DNA of 53,855 nt from an uncultured Bacteroidota bacterium (GCA_903917755.1 CAIXBT010000361.1:1-53855); one strand, 5' to 3'; positions 10,153 to 19,499 are shown, counted from the first letter of the stretch. Numbers and translations: made by a program. Notes: generated by a model not told the origin, from the sequence alone.

Positions 10153-10265
10153 CTCTTCAAATTTACTTTATAATTTCTCATTTCAATAATAAGGAGACTA
10201 TGTGTCGGAGTGATCATGAGCTTTTGGTCATAATACAATAACAAAGCGGGCTGATTTTAGGTTTT

Positions 10266-11495
10266 TTAAGGTTTACGGTTTATATCCTTGCTCACTTTTA
10301 GTGTAAAGTAGAGCAGCAGGGCCAGAATGGCAATGAGTACCGGCCATATCCACCATTTATTCATACCTTTTATAGCAGAGGCTTTTTTGGCAGGTTCAGT
10401 ATTGGGTATGATCTTGTTTGCGCTAATAGGTCCGCAGCTTATCTCCTTCAGGACGCTTTTTTTGATACTATCTTCGAAATAAGCGATGTCATAAGTAGGT
10501 CTGGTAGCTTTATTATTCCCAAAAACAACATAGTAATTTCTGTCTGCATCCAGATAGCCTATCAGGTATGTATTGAGCTGCAGCCCTTCTGCAGCCTGTA
10601 CCTGAAGAGCTGTATTATCTTCATTTTCTATCACGAGACGCAAGTGTTTGGTCCTAACATTCACAGAGATCTCATTCCCTGATGTGGAGCTCAGCATAGC
10701 TGTACCTTGCTCCATCCACCCCGATGTATCTCGGGTATAAAGATTGACCTGTCTATGATAAAACCGTGAGCCTGATACCGCGACATTAAGCCTGTCTATC
10801 GTATATGCTTCTTTATATTCCAGCCAGACGTAAGTCTTTTTGCCGCTATCGCGCTGCGAAATGACCGGAGCCGGAATGGCTGTGTATCTTCCGTTTGTGA
10901 GTAAGGGTTTCACAATGGCTGCCTTGATTATATTGATCGGTATGACCTTATTCAGTTTGATGGTCAGACGAAGTTTTTTGTATTTGACCGGCGGAAAACT
11001 GATCTGCTGATCAAATGTATCAGCCTGCATTTCTGATGAAGGCGAAAGGATGATATTGCTGCTGATATCAAACCATTGGTTTTCATCATCGCTACCGGAT
11101 AGTTGTGCGTACGTGCTTTGAGCTTTATTGCGAAGTGTCAGCACCAGCTGTGCGAGAGGCTGTGCGTCTCTATTTTCTATAATGATCGTTTCAAACTTAG
11201 CATCCGTTGTACTTTTGCTCGGTAGCACCGTGAGGTCCTGCGCCTGAGATACAGGCATCTCGGTCCTGAGCAGATAGGGCACATAATTTCCGGCACTGTC
11301 TACCAGACGCAGATCGGCACCGTCTGATGCGGCCCGGGCCCTCACATCCGGCGAGAGTAACAATCTATAGTAGCCTTCCCCCTGCAGTCCCGGTATGGGT
11401 GACTGCCACTGATAGGTTCCGGTTTGTGCTACCGCACATATACATGCACTGAGCATGAGTATGAGCAGAGCTCCGTTCTTATTTATTTTCTTCAT
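10266..11495 (-). CDS. DUF3999-like secreted protein with C-terminal TM anchor
   Basis: 409-aa ORF with a signal peptide and a C-terminal TM helix ('WWIWPVLIAILALLLYFTL'). Its start overlaps the stop of the upstream DUF2339-like gene by 17 nt. Confidence 0.5.
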   Translation of the reverse strand: MKKINKNGALLILMLSACICAVAQTGTYQWQSPIPGLQGEGYYRLLLSPDVRARAASDGADLRLVDSAGNYVPYLLRTEMPVSQAQDLTVLPSKSTTDAKFETIIIENRDAQPLAQLVLTLRNKAQSTYAQLSGSDDENQWFDISSNIILSPSSEMQADTFDQQISFPPVKYKKLRLTIKLNKVIPINIIKAAIVKPLLTNGRYTAIPAPVISQRDSGKKTYVWLEYKEAYTIDRLNVAVSGSRFYHRQVNLYTRDTSGWMEQGTAMLSSTSGNEISVNVRTKHLRLVIENEDNTALQVQAAEGLQLNTYLIGYLDADRNYYVVFGNNKATRPTYDIAYFEDSIKKSVLKEISCGPISANKIIPNTEPAKKASAIKGMNKWWIWPVLIAILALLLYFTLKVSKDINRKP

Positions 11496-13929
11496 CTTGG
11501 ATTATCAGTTTTTTAAGGCGCTGATACATAAATGAAACAACCAGCAGCATTACACCCAGACAAAAGAATGCAGCTATCTTGCCCGCTACAGGCACATCGC
11601 TGATATCGAATGCAAACAGCTTCAGCAATGTGACTGCAAACAGCACCAGAGACAAGATACGAAGCGTCCTGAATCTCTCCTTCATACCCACCCACATAAA
11701 TCCGAACGAACACAGACCCCAGAGTATCGGCAGACAGGCTTTGATAAAAACATTGTCAAGAGATAGCTCTGACTTAGGAGTATAAAATATACCAAACACA
11801 GCAAAGTAAAACTCTGCGCTCAGGAAAATTATTATCAGCGTTGATACAGCCCAGGTCAGTATAGTATATATCTGTTGCAGGTGTTCTGCTTTTCTGAGCA
11901 GGTCTATCAGCTTTGCAATGAGCAATGCTACAATGGCTGCACTTATCCAATGTGCCGTAAAATAGGGGATATATTTATGACCCTCGAGCATGGTGTGAAA
12001 AGTATCAAACAGCATCGGCAGATGTATCATATATGCAGCTATCACTGCGGCCAGGATAATGGCCTGAGTGACATAGCTCAGGTTTACAAGTTCATATTTC
12101 TTTATGATACTCATAACCGATACCACAAAGATGAGCAGGTACAGCATGAAATACATAGAACTCAGCGATATCTCAAATCTGCTGTCAAACTGATAAACGA
12201 TCTCCAATGCTCCGGCTATAAAACCAATCAATATAGCTGCCACCAGAAATACATATCTAGGCAACAAATAATTTTTAGGGATCTCTGTCTCCTCGGATCT
12301 TTTGCCTAAGAGAAAATATAGAATGGCTGTACATATACTTACATAGATAGCAGAAACAAACCCTTTATTGGCTATAATACTTAATTGCACATGACTATAG
12401 CTTTCTCCGTAATTTTGTCCCAGGAGGAGTGCCATGCTGATGATCGTGATACACCATACGATCGTGGCACTGAGAGATATGATACGGATCTGCGATTTTT
12501 GATACAACCAGAGCAAGACCACCGATTCTGACGCCCAAAACAGGGTGATAAAGCTGCCTTCGAGTTGCAGTGGTGCCGTGATGGATATAAAAGTAAGTGT
12601 GATGCCGATGAGCAGATAGAGTATGTTCTTGTCGGCTGTCTGTCTGCGAAACAGAAGCAACGATGCCGCCAGATGAAATGCCGCCATGCAGCTGCTGAAT
12701 AATCCCTTATACTCCATGCATTTCATTTCTGACAGGAGATAAAGCCCGAACGCGAAATACTGGATAGAGTTTGTGAGCAGCATACCAAAATCAAAAGGCA
12801 GAAACTTCTTGTTCTCTTTGATATTATTAGCTATCGCTGCACTAAAGAAAAAGATGAAAAAGACAGTCGCAAAAATAAATCCATTAGTATAGGTACCCAC
12901 CGGTGTCAGATAGTCCAGTGTGAATAACCAGGAGTCGAATATCAGGAATGTAAAAATGAAGCCGAGCACATTCAATATCCTCCATATCCTCATATAGGCT
13001 ATGACCAGCATACCCGTATTGAGGAGGCAGAGATAGGTGAACAGTGCAATATAGTTACCGCTTCCATTGCTTACCATAAACGGAGTCGCATAACCTCCTA
13101 CCATAGATATAACCGCTAACTCCTGCCTGTCGTAGAGCAGAGATAGCACCACTGCAAAAATGGTGATGACGATCATGATGCCGAATGATACGGTCTGATC
13201 AAAAAGATGGTACTGATGATACGCTAATGCAATGGTAAAATAAAATATAGCCAAACCGCCTCCGACCAGCACGGAAGTGAATGCCGCATAATCTTTGCGC
13301 AGCCTGTGTGCCAGCCCGACCAATATACCTCCGCAGAGTAGCCCTATACAAACACGTCCCACCGGCCCGATCCAATCGTTGTCGATGGCATATTTTACAA
13401 AAAATGCGATAGCCAATACCAGTATGGCTATACCTATTTTGCTGATCAGGTTTTCGCCGATATATTTTTCATAATCTATATCCCCCTTTTTAAATTTATC
13501 AAAAAGGTTTCCTATAGTTGGCTCTGTCGGATCTGCATTTGTTTCGACCTTGGTTTCTGTTACATTATTGATCCTTATCAATCTTGGGGCTTCGACTTCT
13601 TCTGTTGTTATTGCCTCCACCACGGGTTCTTCTGCCTGATCAACCGTTTCCTCTTTTATCTCTTCTTCCGCAGGAACGCTCTGAATGATCTGCTGTGCGG
13701 GTTCTACTTCTATTTTTGTTTCTTGAACGGGTTGAGATTCTACTATTACCTGCTTCTCTATTACTATTGGCTGTTGAACCTCTGCCAGTTTTTTATATAT
13801 CTGTATGAGTTGGGCTTTGATCTGCCGATTATCTTCTTCTGACTGGCTTATGTGGGTTTTAAGAAGGGAGATGGTTCTCTGAACAATGAAAACCAATACG
13901 GCCAATATTATAAATATATAGTAGTTCAT
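11479..13929 (-). CDS. DUF2339-like polytopic membrane protein
   Basis: 816-aa ORF: an N-terminal TM helix, an acidic E/V/Q-rich low-complexity linker, then about 20 hydrophobic helices. Confidence 0.6.
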   Translation of the reverse strand: MNYYIFIILAVLVFIVQRTISLLKTHISQSEEDNRQIKAQLIQIYKKLAEVQQPIVIEKQVIVESQPVQETKIEVEPAQQIIQSVPAEEEIKEETVDQAEEPVVEAITTEEVEAPRLIRINNVTETKVETNADPTEPTIGNLFDKFKKGDIDYEKYIGENLISKIGIAILVLAIAFFVKYAIDNDWIGPVGRVCIGLLCGGILVGLAHRLRKDYAAFTSVLVGGGLAIFYFTIALAYHQYHLFDQTVSFGIMIVITIFAVVLSLLYDRQELAVISMVGGYATPFMVSNGSGNYIALFTYLCLLNTGMLVIAYMRIWRILNVLGFIFTFLIFDSWLFTLDYLTPVGTYTNGFIFATVFFIFFFSAAIANNIKENKKFLPFDFGMLLTNSIQYFAFGLYLLSEMKCMEYKGLFSSCMAAFHLAASLLLFRRQTADKNILYLLIGITLTFISITAPLQLEGSFITLFWASESVVLLWLYQKSQIRIISLSATIVWCITIISMALLLGQNYGESYSHVQLSIIANKGFVSAIYVSICTAILYFLLGKRSEETEIPKNYLLPRYVFLVAAILIGFIAGALEIVYQFDSRFEISLSSMYFMLYLLIFVVSVMSIIKKYELVNLSYVTQAIILAAVIAAYMIHLPMLFDTFHTMLEGHKYIPYFTAHWISAAIVALLIAKLIDLLRKAEHLQQIYTILTWAVSTLIIIFLSAEFYFAVFGIFYTPKSELSLDNVFIKACLPILWGLCSFGFMWVGMKERFRTLRILSLVLFAVTLLKLFAFDISDVPVAGKIAAFFCLGVMLLVVSFMYQRLKKLIIQDEENK

Positions 13930-13977
13930 TATTTGTTCTTATAAAACAAATATATAGATATATGTAAGAAATATTTT

Positions 13978-14364
13978 TTACAAAGATTTTTGTCTGAATG
14001 AGACTAGCCATGTGGCAATATAGGTGCCTATCAATGATCCTGAGGCATTGGCCAATTCGTCCAGCAGCTCAAAATGGCGGTCTGTAGTCAATGTCTCCTG
14101 CAGTATTTCTACCATGAAACCATAGAGGGATAACAAAATAAATACTTTCAGAAAAGTCTTCTGATGCAGGCTCTGATAGGCGCTTTGCATGGACCAGCCG
14201 TAATACGTAAGAATGGAAAAAACAATGTAAATGCCTGTATGGACCACCTTGTCAAAATGCGGAATAGTGACATGCGGAATATGGCGCCCGGGCATCAGGC
14301 ATATCACCAAAATAAAAGCCGCCCACAAAATGGACGGCCAATTATATTTTAAATAAGATCCCAT
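13978..14364 (-). CDS. VanZ-like membrane protein
   Basis: Small four-TM protein ('DKVVHTGIYIVFSIL', 'DELANASGSLIGTYI'). The start is set at the internal Met (MGSYLKYNW) to avoid overlapping gcvH. Confidence 0.6.
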   Translation of the reverse strand: MGSYLKYNWPSILWAAFILVICLMPGRHIPHVTIPHFDKVVHTGIYIVFSILTYYGWSMQSAYQSLHQKTFLKVFILLSLYGFMVEILQETLTTDRHFELLDELANASGSLIGTYIATWLVSFRQKSL

Positions 14365-14368
14365 TCTA

Positions 14369-14749
14369 TCAAACACCAATGTGCTTCTTGTATGCTTCCG
14401 CATCCATCAGCTCACCCAGTTCTGCTGCGTTCGTGATCTCTACCTTTACCATCCATCCTTTACCATATGGATCCGTGTTGACAGACTCCGGTGCAGCATC
14501 CAGGTCCTTGTTCATTTCCAGCACCTTGCCTCCTATCGGCATGAACAGATCAGATACGGTCTTTACCGCTTCTACCGTTCCAAACACAGCATCTTTAGCT
14601 ACCGTATCACCTATAGTATTGATATCTACATATACTATGTCACCTAATTCCTTCTGGGCGAAGTCTGTGATACCTATGGTTCCGGTGTTACCATTTACTA
14701 GTACCCACTCATGCTCTTTGCTGTATTTTAGTTCTGCTGGAAAATTCAT
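14369..14749 (-). CDS. gcvH: glycine cleavage system H protein
   Basis: '[16 protein letters not shown]...[18 protein letters not shown]' includes the lipoyl-lysine motif. The start is at Met48 of the long ORF, giving the canonical length of about 126 aa. Confidence 0.9.
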   Translation of the reverse strand: MNFPAELKYSKEHEWVLVNGNTGTIGITDFAQKELGDIVYVDINTIGDTVAKDAVFGTVEAVKTVSDLFMPIGGKVLEMNKDLDAAPESVNTDPYGKGWMVKVEITNAAELGELMDAEAYKKHIGV

Positions 14750-14766
14750 TATTATAAAGTTTTGTC

Positions 14767-14774
14767 CAAAATTA
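14767..14774 (-). promoter_or_regulatory. putative Bacteroidota -7 promoter element (TAATTTTG) for gcvH
   Basis: The reverse complement of caaaatta matches TAnnTTTG, 18 nt upstream of the gcvH ATG. The evidence is the motif match only. Confidence 0.3.
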
Positions 14775-15029
14775 AGTGAAACAATAGATTTTGCAAGTGT
14801 GTACCTAATATTTGTGTGCTCATGGTGGGTAAAGGCCCGCAGGCAGGCTTTTAAAGGCAACATTTTCCACAACAATCGGGTTGTACACAAATAGCCTGTG
14901 AATAGCTGCCGAATAATGTTGGTATATCGCCTGCAATTTTTTTTGATTTAGTCGTTTTTTTTTCATCCCTCTTTTCCGATTTTAGAGATGTTCATCCTTT
15001 CGCTCATATCAACATCTCAACTAACAGGC

Positions 15030-15278
15030 TGTGGATATGAACTTATGCGTGAACGGTTGTCAACAGCGCTTTCCACCACATGTGGACTAATCCACAAAAT
15101 ATTCATAATCAGACCAGTACCTCTGTCTTGTTTTGTGGATTAGTGTCAGCGGATTAGTGATAACCCAAAATGCAATAGGCGCAAAAAAAACTTTTACTCT
15201 TATACACGCAGCTAATAACACTTATCTTTTAAAGTATTTAAATACTATACTATTAATACAGGTGTTTGCTGTGGAGAT
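15030..15278. other. cluster of DnaA-box-like 9-mers plus AT-rich tract (candidate oriC or DnaA-regulated region)
   Basis: TGTGGATAT (15030-38), TGTGGACTA (15081-89), TAATCCACA (15088-96), TGTGGATTA (15134-42) and TGTGGAGAT (15270-78). Each matches TTATCCACA at 7-8 of 9 positions. An AT-rich stretch lies at about 15215-15260, inside a 590-bp gene-free gap at a strand switch. Confidence 0.35.
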
Positions 15279-15346
15279 TTTAAAAACACAAAAAAGTTTT
15301 TTTCGATGGTTGAGTACTTATCTTCACCCTCCCAAAACTAAAGCTC

Positions 15347-15991
15347 ATGAAATATATCAAATATCTTTTTTACACACTGCTCACGGTAGTGATATTCTGT
15401 GCCGGGTTTTATAAGTTTTGGTTTCTGAGACAACCAGCCAGACATACACCGCATGACAATCATCTTTTCGTCAGCCCCGCCAATGGCAAAATAGTGTCGA
15501 TCACCACATGGAACAAAGATTACCTCGCTATCACCAAAGAAAAATACGGTCTCATCAGTGTCTGGGCCAAGGACGTAGATACAGCGGGCTACATGATCTC
15601 GATACAGATGGATCCGACACATGTACACTTCCAGAGGTCTCCGGTCGATGCACTGATCATATCGCACAGGCACGTTTCGGGCAGCTTCAATAATGCTTTG
15701 GGTTCTGACAATCCATACGGTATCCGCTTCGAAAATGAGCATAATGAAATACTGATACAAACTGCTGATAGCATTCGTTACAAGATCATTCAGATAGCAG
15801 GCTTCATGGCCAGAAGGATAGAAGACTATGTACAACCCGGCCAGCAGCTTAAGCAGGGAGATGTGATCGGACTGATCAAACTCGGATCTCAGGTCACTGT
15901 GATTCTACCCCACAATGTCAAGGTAGATGTTAAGCTCGGCGAGACGGTCATAGATGGTGAGACTACTTTAGGCGAGATCACTACACCTTGA
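15347..15991 (+). CDS. psd: phosphatidylserine decarboxylase family proenzyme (short type)
   Basis: 214-aa ORF with an N-terminal TM helix and a C-terminal 'GLIKLGSQVTVILP' containing a G-S self-cleavage-type motif. Confidence 0.7.
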   Translation: MKYIKYLFYTLLTVVIFCAGFYKFWFLRQPARHTPHDNHLFVSPANGKIVSITTWNKDYLAITKEKYGLISVWAKDVDTAGYMISIQMDPTHVHFQRSPVDALIISHRHVSGSFNNALGSDNPYGIRFENEHNEILIQTADSIRYKIIQIAGFMARRIEDYVQPGQQLKQGDVIGLIKLGSQVTVILPHNVKVDVKLGETVIDGETTLGEITTP

Positions 15992-16002
15992 TTTTTTAGG
16001 AA

Positions 16003-16021
16003 GTTCTACGTGGCACCGAAA
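16003..16021. repeat. palindromic-motif copy (GTTCTACGTGGCAC) within a 19-bp direct repeat, left copy
   Basis: gttctacgtggcaccgaaa, identical to 16643-16661. Intergenic, 17 nt upstream of the GNAT start. Confidence 0.9.
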
Positions 16022-16037
16022 AGGACCTTTTTAAATA

Positions 16038-16565
16038 ATGACGATGCTTAATTTAAGTTTCACACCCTTTCCTACTATTAAAACTGATAGACTTATTCTC
16101 AGAAGTCTGGAGAAAACTGATGCATACGATATACTGGCACTGCGCTCTGATGACAGGATCAATAAGCATGTGGATAGAAAGAAGATGCTGTCTATAGAAG
16201 AAGCAGAATTCTTTATCTACAAGATCAGGTCAGGAATAGAGAAAAATGAATTGATATATTGGGTTATTACCGATAAGCAGACTAATAAAATGCTTGGTAC
16301 CATTGGCGTTTGGAATGTAGAACCGGAAGAGGTTGCTGCAGAGTTGGGATATGAATTACTCTTTAAAGAACATGGCAAAGGCTATATGATAGAAGCTGTA
16401 AAGGGAGTGATAAAATACGGTTTTGAAACAATGAAATTAGAAACCATCAAAGCAGTGGTAAGAGATACTAATCTCGCTTCATTGAATATTCTGAATAAAA
16501 TGAAATTCGCGCTTGACAGAAGAGAAGGAGAAGATGGATTTTATACTTTGAGATCAGCTCAATAA
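16038..16565 (+). CDS. GNAT-family N-acetyltransferase (RimJ/RimL-like)
   Basis: 175-aa ORF with 'TDRLILRSLEKTDAYDILALRSD' and 'HGKGYMIEAVKGVIKYGF' (acetyl-CoA-binding region). Confidence 0.8.
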   Translation: MTMLNLSFTPFPTIKTDRLILRSLEKTDAYDILALRSDDRINKHVDRKKMLSIEEAEFFIYKIRSGIEKNELIYWVITDKQTNKMLGTIGVWNVEPEEVAAELGYELLFKEHGKGYMIEAVKGVIKYGFETMKLETIKAVVRDTNLASLNILNKMKFALDRREGEDGFYTLRSAQ

Positions 16566-17132
16566 TTTCTCTATCTCTTTCGGGTAATGCTCATGTTCCA
16601 GTTTGTGGACCTTGGCTGTGATAGTTTCTGTAGAATCTGAAGGTTCTACGTGGCACCGAAATTGGGCTATATACTCACCCTCATCATACTTTTCATTTAC
16701 ATAGTGGATGGTGATGCCTGTCTCTGTTTCTTTATTAGATAAAACAGTTTCATGGACCTTGCTGCCATACATACCCTTACCTCCGTATTTAGGTAGCAGA
16801 GCAGGATGTATGTTGATGATCTTGTTAGGATAGGCTTTGACCAGATATGCAGGAATCAATAGAAGAAAGCCGGCGAGAACGATCAGGTCTATCTGATACA
16901 ACTCCAGCAGGTCAAGTGTGGTTTCTTCTTCTTTTAGTTCTGCAGGCGATATAATGTCGAATGGTATTCTGTTGTCTTTGGCTATCTGAATGACACCGGC
17001 TGTCTTATTGTTGGTCACTATCAGGGCTACTTTAATGGCAGTATTACCTTTGAAGTGATCAATGATAGCCTGTGCATTGCTGCCACGGCCTGAGGCAAAG
17101 ATGGCGATGTGTTTGTGTGTGGAGTCTTTCAT
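16554..17132 (-). CDS. purN: phosphoribosylglycinamide formyltransferase
   Basis: 192-aa ORF with 'IAIFASGRGSNAQAII', 'IINIHPALLPKYGG' and 'GITIHYVNEKYDEG'. Its 3' end overlaps the convergent GNAT gene by 12 nt. Confidence 0.9.
   Translation of the reverse strand: MKDSTHKHIAIFASGRGSNAQAIIDHFKGNTAIKVALIVTNNKTAGVIQIAKDNRIPFDIISPAELKEEETTLDLLELYQIDLIVLAGFLLLIPAYLVKAYPNKIINIHPALLPKYGGKGMYGSKVHETVLSNKETETGITIHYVNEKYDEGEYIAQFRCHVEPSDSTETITAKVHKLEHEHYPKEIEKLLS
16643..16661. repeat. palindromic-motif copy within a 19-bp direct repeat, right copy (inside purN coding sequence)
   Basis: gttctacgtggcaccgaaa, exactly 640 bp from the left copy. On the minus strand it encodes F-R-C-H-V-E of PurN. Confidence 0.9.
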
Positions 17133-17177
17133 CTAGTGCTGCAAAGTAAAGCTATCAAAGACACATAAAAAAGGGAT

Positions 17178-17191
17178 GTTCTACATGGAAC
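17178..17191. repeat. palindromic-motif copy GTTCTACATGGAAC
   Basis: Intergenic, 46 nt upstream of the purN start and in the region upstream of the helicase gene. Confidence 0.85.
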
Positions 17192-17430
17192 GAAAACGCC
17201 CATTGTTGACGAAATGTAGATAACATTAGGAAATGTGGTTTATTATCCATAGTTTTGCGCCGCATTAGCAAAGCGAAGCCAAATTTCCTCTCGCGTATAC
17301 GACAAAGATCGTACATCATCATTAGGAAGTCAGGCTTTAATTGCCGACTTATTTTAATTAACGAAGTCACATACAGCCGCTCAAGCACCCAAAACACCCT
17401 TACAGAGGCGTGTCATGCTTGTATGTTGTA

Positions 17431-19452
17431 ATGGCTAAAAATCAACAAATGGAAAATTTTAAAGCCCTCGGGCTTAGCGACAATGTTCTTGAAGCATTGG
17501 CAAAGAAAGGTTGGGAAACCCCATCAGAAATTCAGGAAAAGACGATACCACTACTCCTCAAAGGAGAAAAAGATATCGTAGGCCAGGCTGCCACCGGCAC
17601 CGGCAAGACAGCGGCATTCGGATTGCCACTCATCGAGCAGCTGGATGATAATTCTAAAGCCGTGCAGGCGCTGATCATGTGTCCTACACGTGAGTTGGCT
17701 ATGCAGGTAGCTGAAGAGATCATGACATTCAAGGGCTCTAAGAGACTCTTTGTACAGCCTATCTATGGCGGACAGTCATACAATGTACAGATAGCTGCAC
17801 TGCGCAGAGGTGTGCAGATAGTGGTAGGTACACCGGGTCGTATCCGCGATCACATAGAGAAAGGAACTCTTAAGCTCAATGCGGTGACTCACGTAGTACT
17901 CGATGAGGCAGATGAGATGCTCAACATGGGTTTTGAAGAAGAAGTAAGAGAGATCCTGAAGAGTGTGCCTGAGAAAAGACGTATGCTTTTGTTCTCGGCT
18001 ACTATGCCTGCTCAGATATTGAGGCTGGCTAAGACCTTCATGAAAGATTATGATCTGGTAGAAGTAGAGAAGAAGCAGAACAGCACAGAGATGATCGATC
18101 AGTCGTACTTTGAGGTACGTGACAGCGACAGGTTTGTCACGCTTTGCAGAGTGATAGACACTGAACCGGAATTTTACGGTATCGTATTCTGTCGTACAAA
18201 GATGGAAACGGATGAGATAGCCAGCAAGCTTCTCGAAATGGGTTATGACTCGGAGGCGATACACGGTGATATCACACAGTCTCAGAGTGAGCTGATCCTA
18301 AAGAAATTCAAGATGCGCAAGATCAATATCCTCGTAGCTACTGACGTAGCCGCACGTGGTATAGATGTCAATGACCTCACACATGTCATCAACTTCAATC
18401 TGCCGCAAGACCCTGAGTCTTATATACACCGTATCGGTCGTACGGGCCGTGCCGGAAAGCACGGAACAGCGATCACTATCGTGAGCCCAAGAGAAAGGCG
18501 CGATCTGCAGTTTATTGAGAGACTGACCAAGGCACCTATCCGCAGGGAGACAGTACCATCTATCGCCGATGTAGTGGGCACAAAGACCATGAAGCTGAAA
18601 ACAGAAATGCAGTCAATGATCGAGAAGGGTCAGCATGAATTGTATCTGGACCTCGCTAAAGAACTGCTGGAAGACAATGCAGAACCGGAAGTAGTAGTAG
18701 CAGCATTGATGCGTTACTCTATGAAGGATACACTGGCAGAAGGCAGCTATCGTGAAATAGGACAAACACAATCCAGCGGCGGCAATGTGAATGCTAACAT
18801 AGCGAGACTATTCGTGGCTCGTGGTCATGAAGACAATATGAATGCAGGACAGATCGCACAGTTTCTGGCGAGTGAGACAGGAGTAGATGCGAATAATATC
18901 AATGACATCAGAGTGTTTGATAAATTCACTTTCATCACCGTATCTCCTGCGGATGCAGATATGATACTGGCCACTTTCTCTAAGGTGAAGGGCCGCAACA
19001 AACCATTAGTGACTCGCGCTAAAGAGAAACCGCAAGGTGGATTCGGTGGTGGAGGAAGCTTCGGCGGAGGCGGAAGAGGAAACTTCGAAAGAAGGGACAA
19101 CAATTCAAGACCAAGAGGCGGCGGTAACTTCAATGATGGCGGATTCAAGAGAAGGGAGGGTGACAGGACAGAGCGTCCTGCACGTCCTGAAGGCGAAAGG
19201 ACCGAGAGGCCTGCTCGCAAGGAATTCGTAGCATCTGAAAAACCAGCCGGAGAGAAGAAGTCTTACTTCAAAAAGGATGCACCTGCTACTGAAAAGGGTA
19301 CCAGTGAATTTATCCCTAAGAAAAGGGCAAACAAGATGACTGATTATCTTGAGAATGGCGATCCTGCGGTAAAACCTGCGGCACCAAAGAAAGAAAATCC
19401 AAGAAAAGAAAGTTTCAAGGTCGAGTTTAAAGACGATGATCTGAACTGGTAA
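17431..19452 (+). CDS. deaD: DEAD-box ATP-dependent RNA helicase (DeaD/CsdA-like) with DbpA-type RNA-binding domain and RGG-rich tail
   Basis: 'AATGTGKTAAFGLP', 'VLDEADEML', 'SAT' and 'HRIGRTGRAG'. The C-terminal tail is G/R-rich. The start may be ATG 17431 or 17449; the GTG at 17410 is less likely. Confidence 0.9.
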   Translation: MAKNQQMENFKALGLSDNVLEALAKKGWETPSEIQEKTIPLLLKGEKDIVGQAATGTGKTAAFGLPLIEQLDDNSKAVQALIMCPTRELAMQVAEEIMTFKGSKRLFVQPIYGGQSYNVQIAALRRGVQIVVGTPGRIRDHIEKGTLKLNAVTHVVLDEADEMLNMGFEEEVREILKSVPEKRRMLLFSATMPAQILRLAKTFMKDYDLVEVEKKQNSTEMIDQSYFEVRDSDRFVTLCRVIDTEPEFYGIVFCRTKMETDEIASKLLEMGYDSEAIHGDITQSQSELILKKFKMRKINILVATDVAARGIDVNDLTHVINFNLPQDPESYIHRIGRTGRAGKHGTAITIVSPRERRDLQFIERLTKAPIRRETVPSIADVVGTKTMKLKTEMQSMIEKGQHELYLDLAKELLEDNAEPEVVVAALMRYSMKDTLAEGSYREIGQTQSSGGNVNANIARLFVARGHEDNMNAGQIAQFLASETGVDANNINDIRVFDKFTFITVSPADADMILATFSKVKGRNKPLVTRAKEKPQGGFGGGGSFGGGGRGNFERRDNNSRPRGGGNFNDGGFKRREGDRTERPARPEGERTERPARKEFVASEKPAGEKKSYFKKDAPATEKGTSEFIPKKRANKMTDYLENGDPAVKPAAPKKENPRKESFKVEFKDDDLNW

Positions 19453-19499
19453 ATAATTGCGCAATATCGGTTTAGTCTGAGAAGCGTAACGGAATTGAG

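Noticed and set aside
14379-14894. 171-aa plus-strand ORF fully overlapping gcvH. Similar long antisense ORFs occur at 2618-3286, 15338-15835, 17776-18264, 43956-44453, 44692-45270 and 47970-48791.
   Set aside because: Each lies opposite a gene with clear family signatures. Their translations are Ser/Thr/Cys/His-rich and low in information, with no motifs or signal features. They are typical shadow ORFs.
15133-15414. 93-aa plus-strand ORF spanning the DnaA-box-like region and running into the psd start.
   Set aside because: It overlaps the better-supported psd start, has an AT-rich low-complexity translation, and sits in a region better explained as non-coding.
17155-17397. 80-aa minus-strand ORF in the purN/helicase intergenic region.
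   Set aside because: It has no recognisable features and odd composition. It occupies what is more plausibly the helicase promoter and leader.
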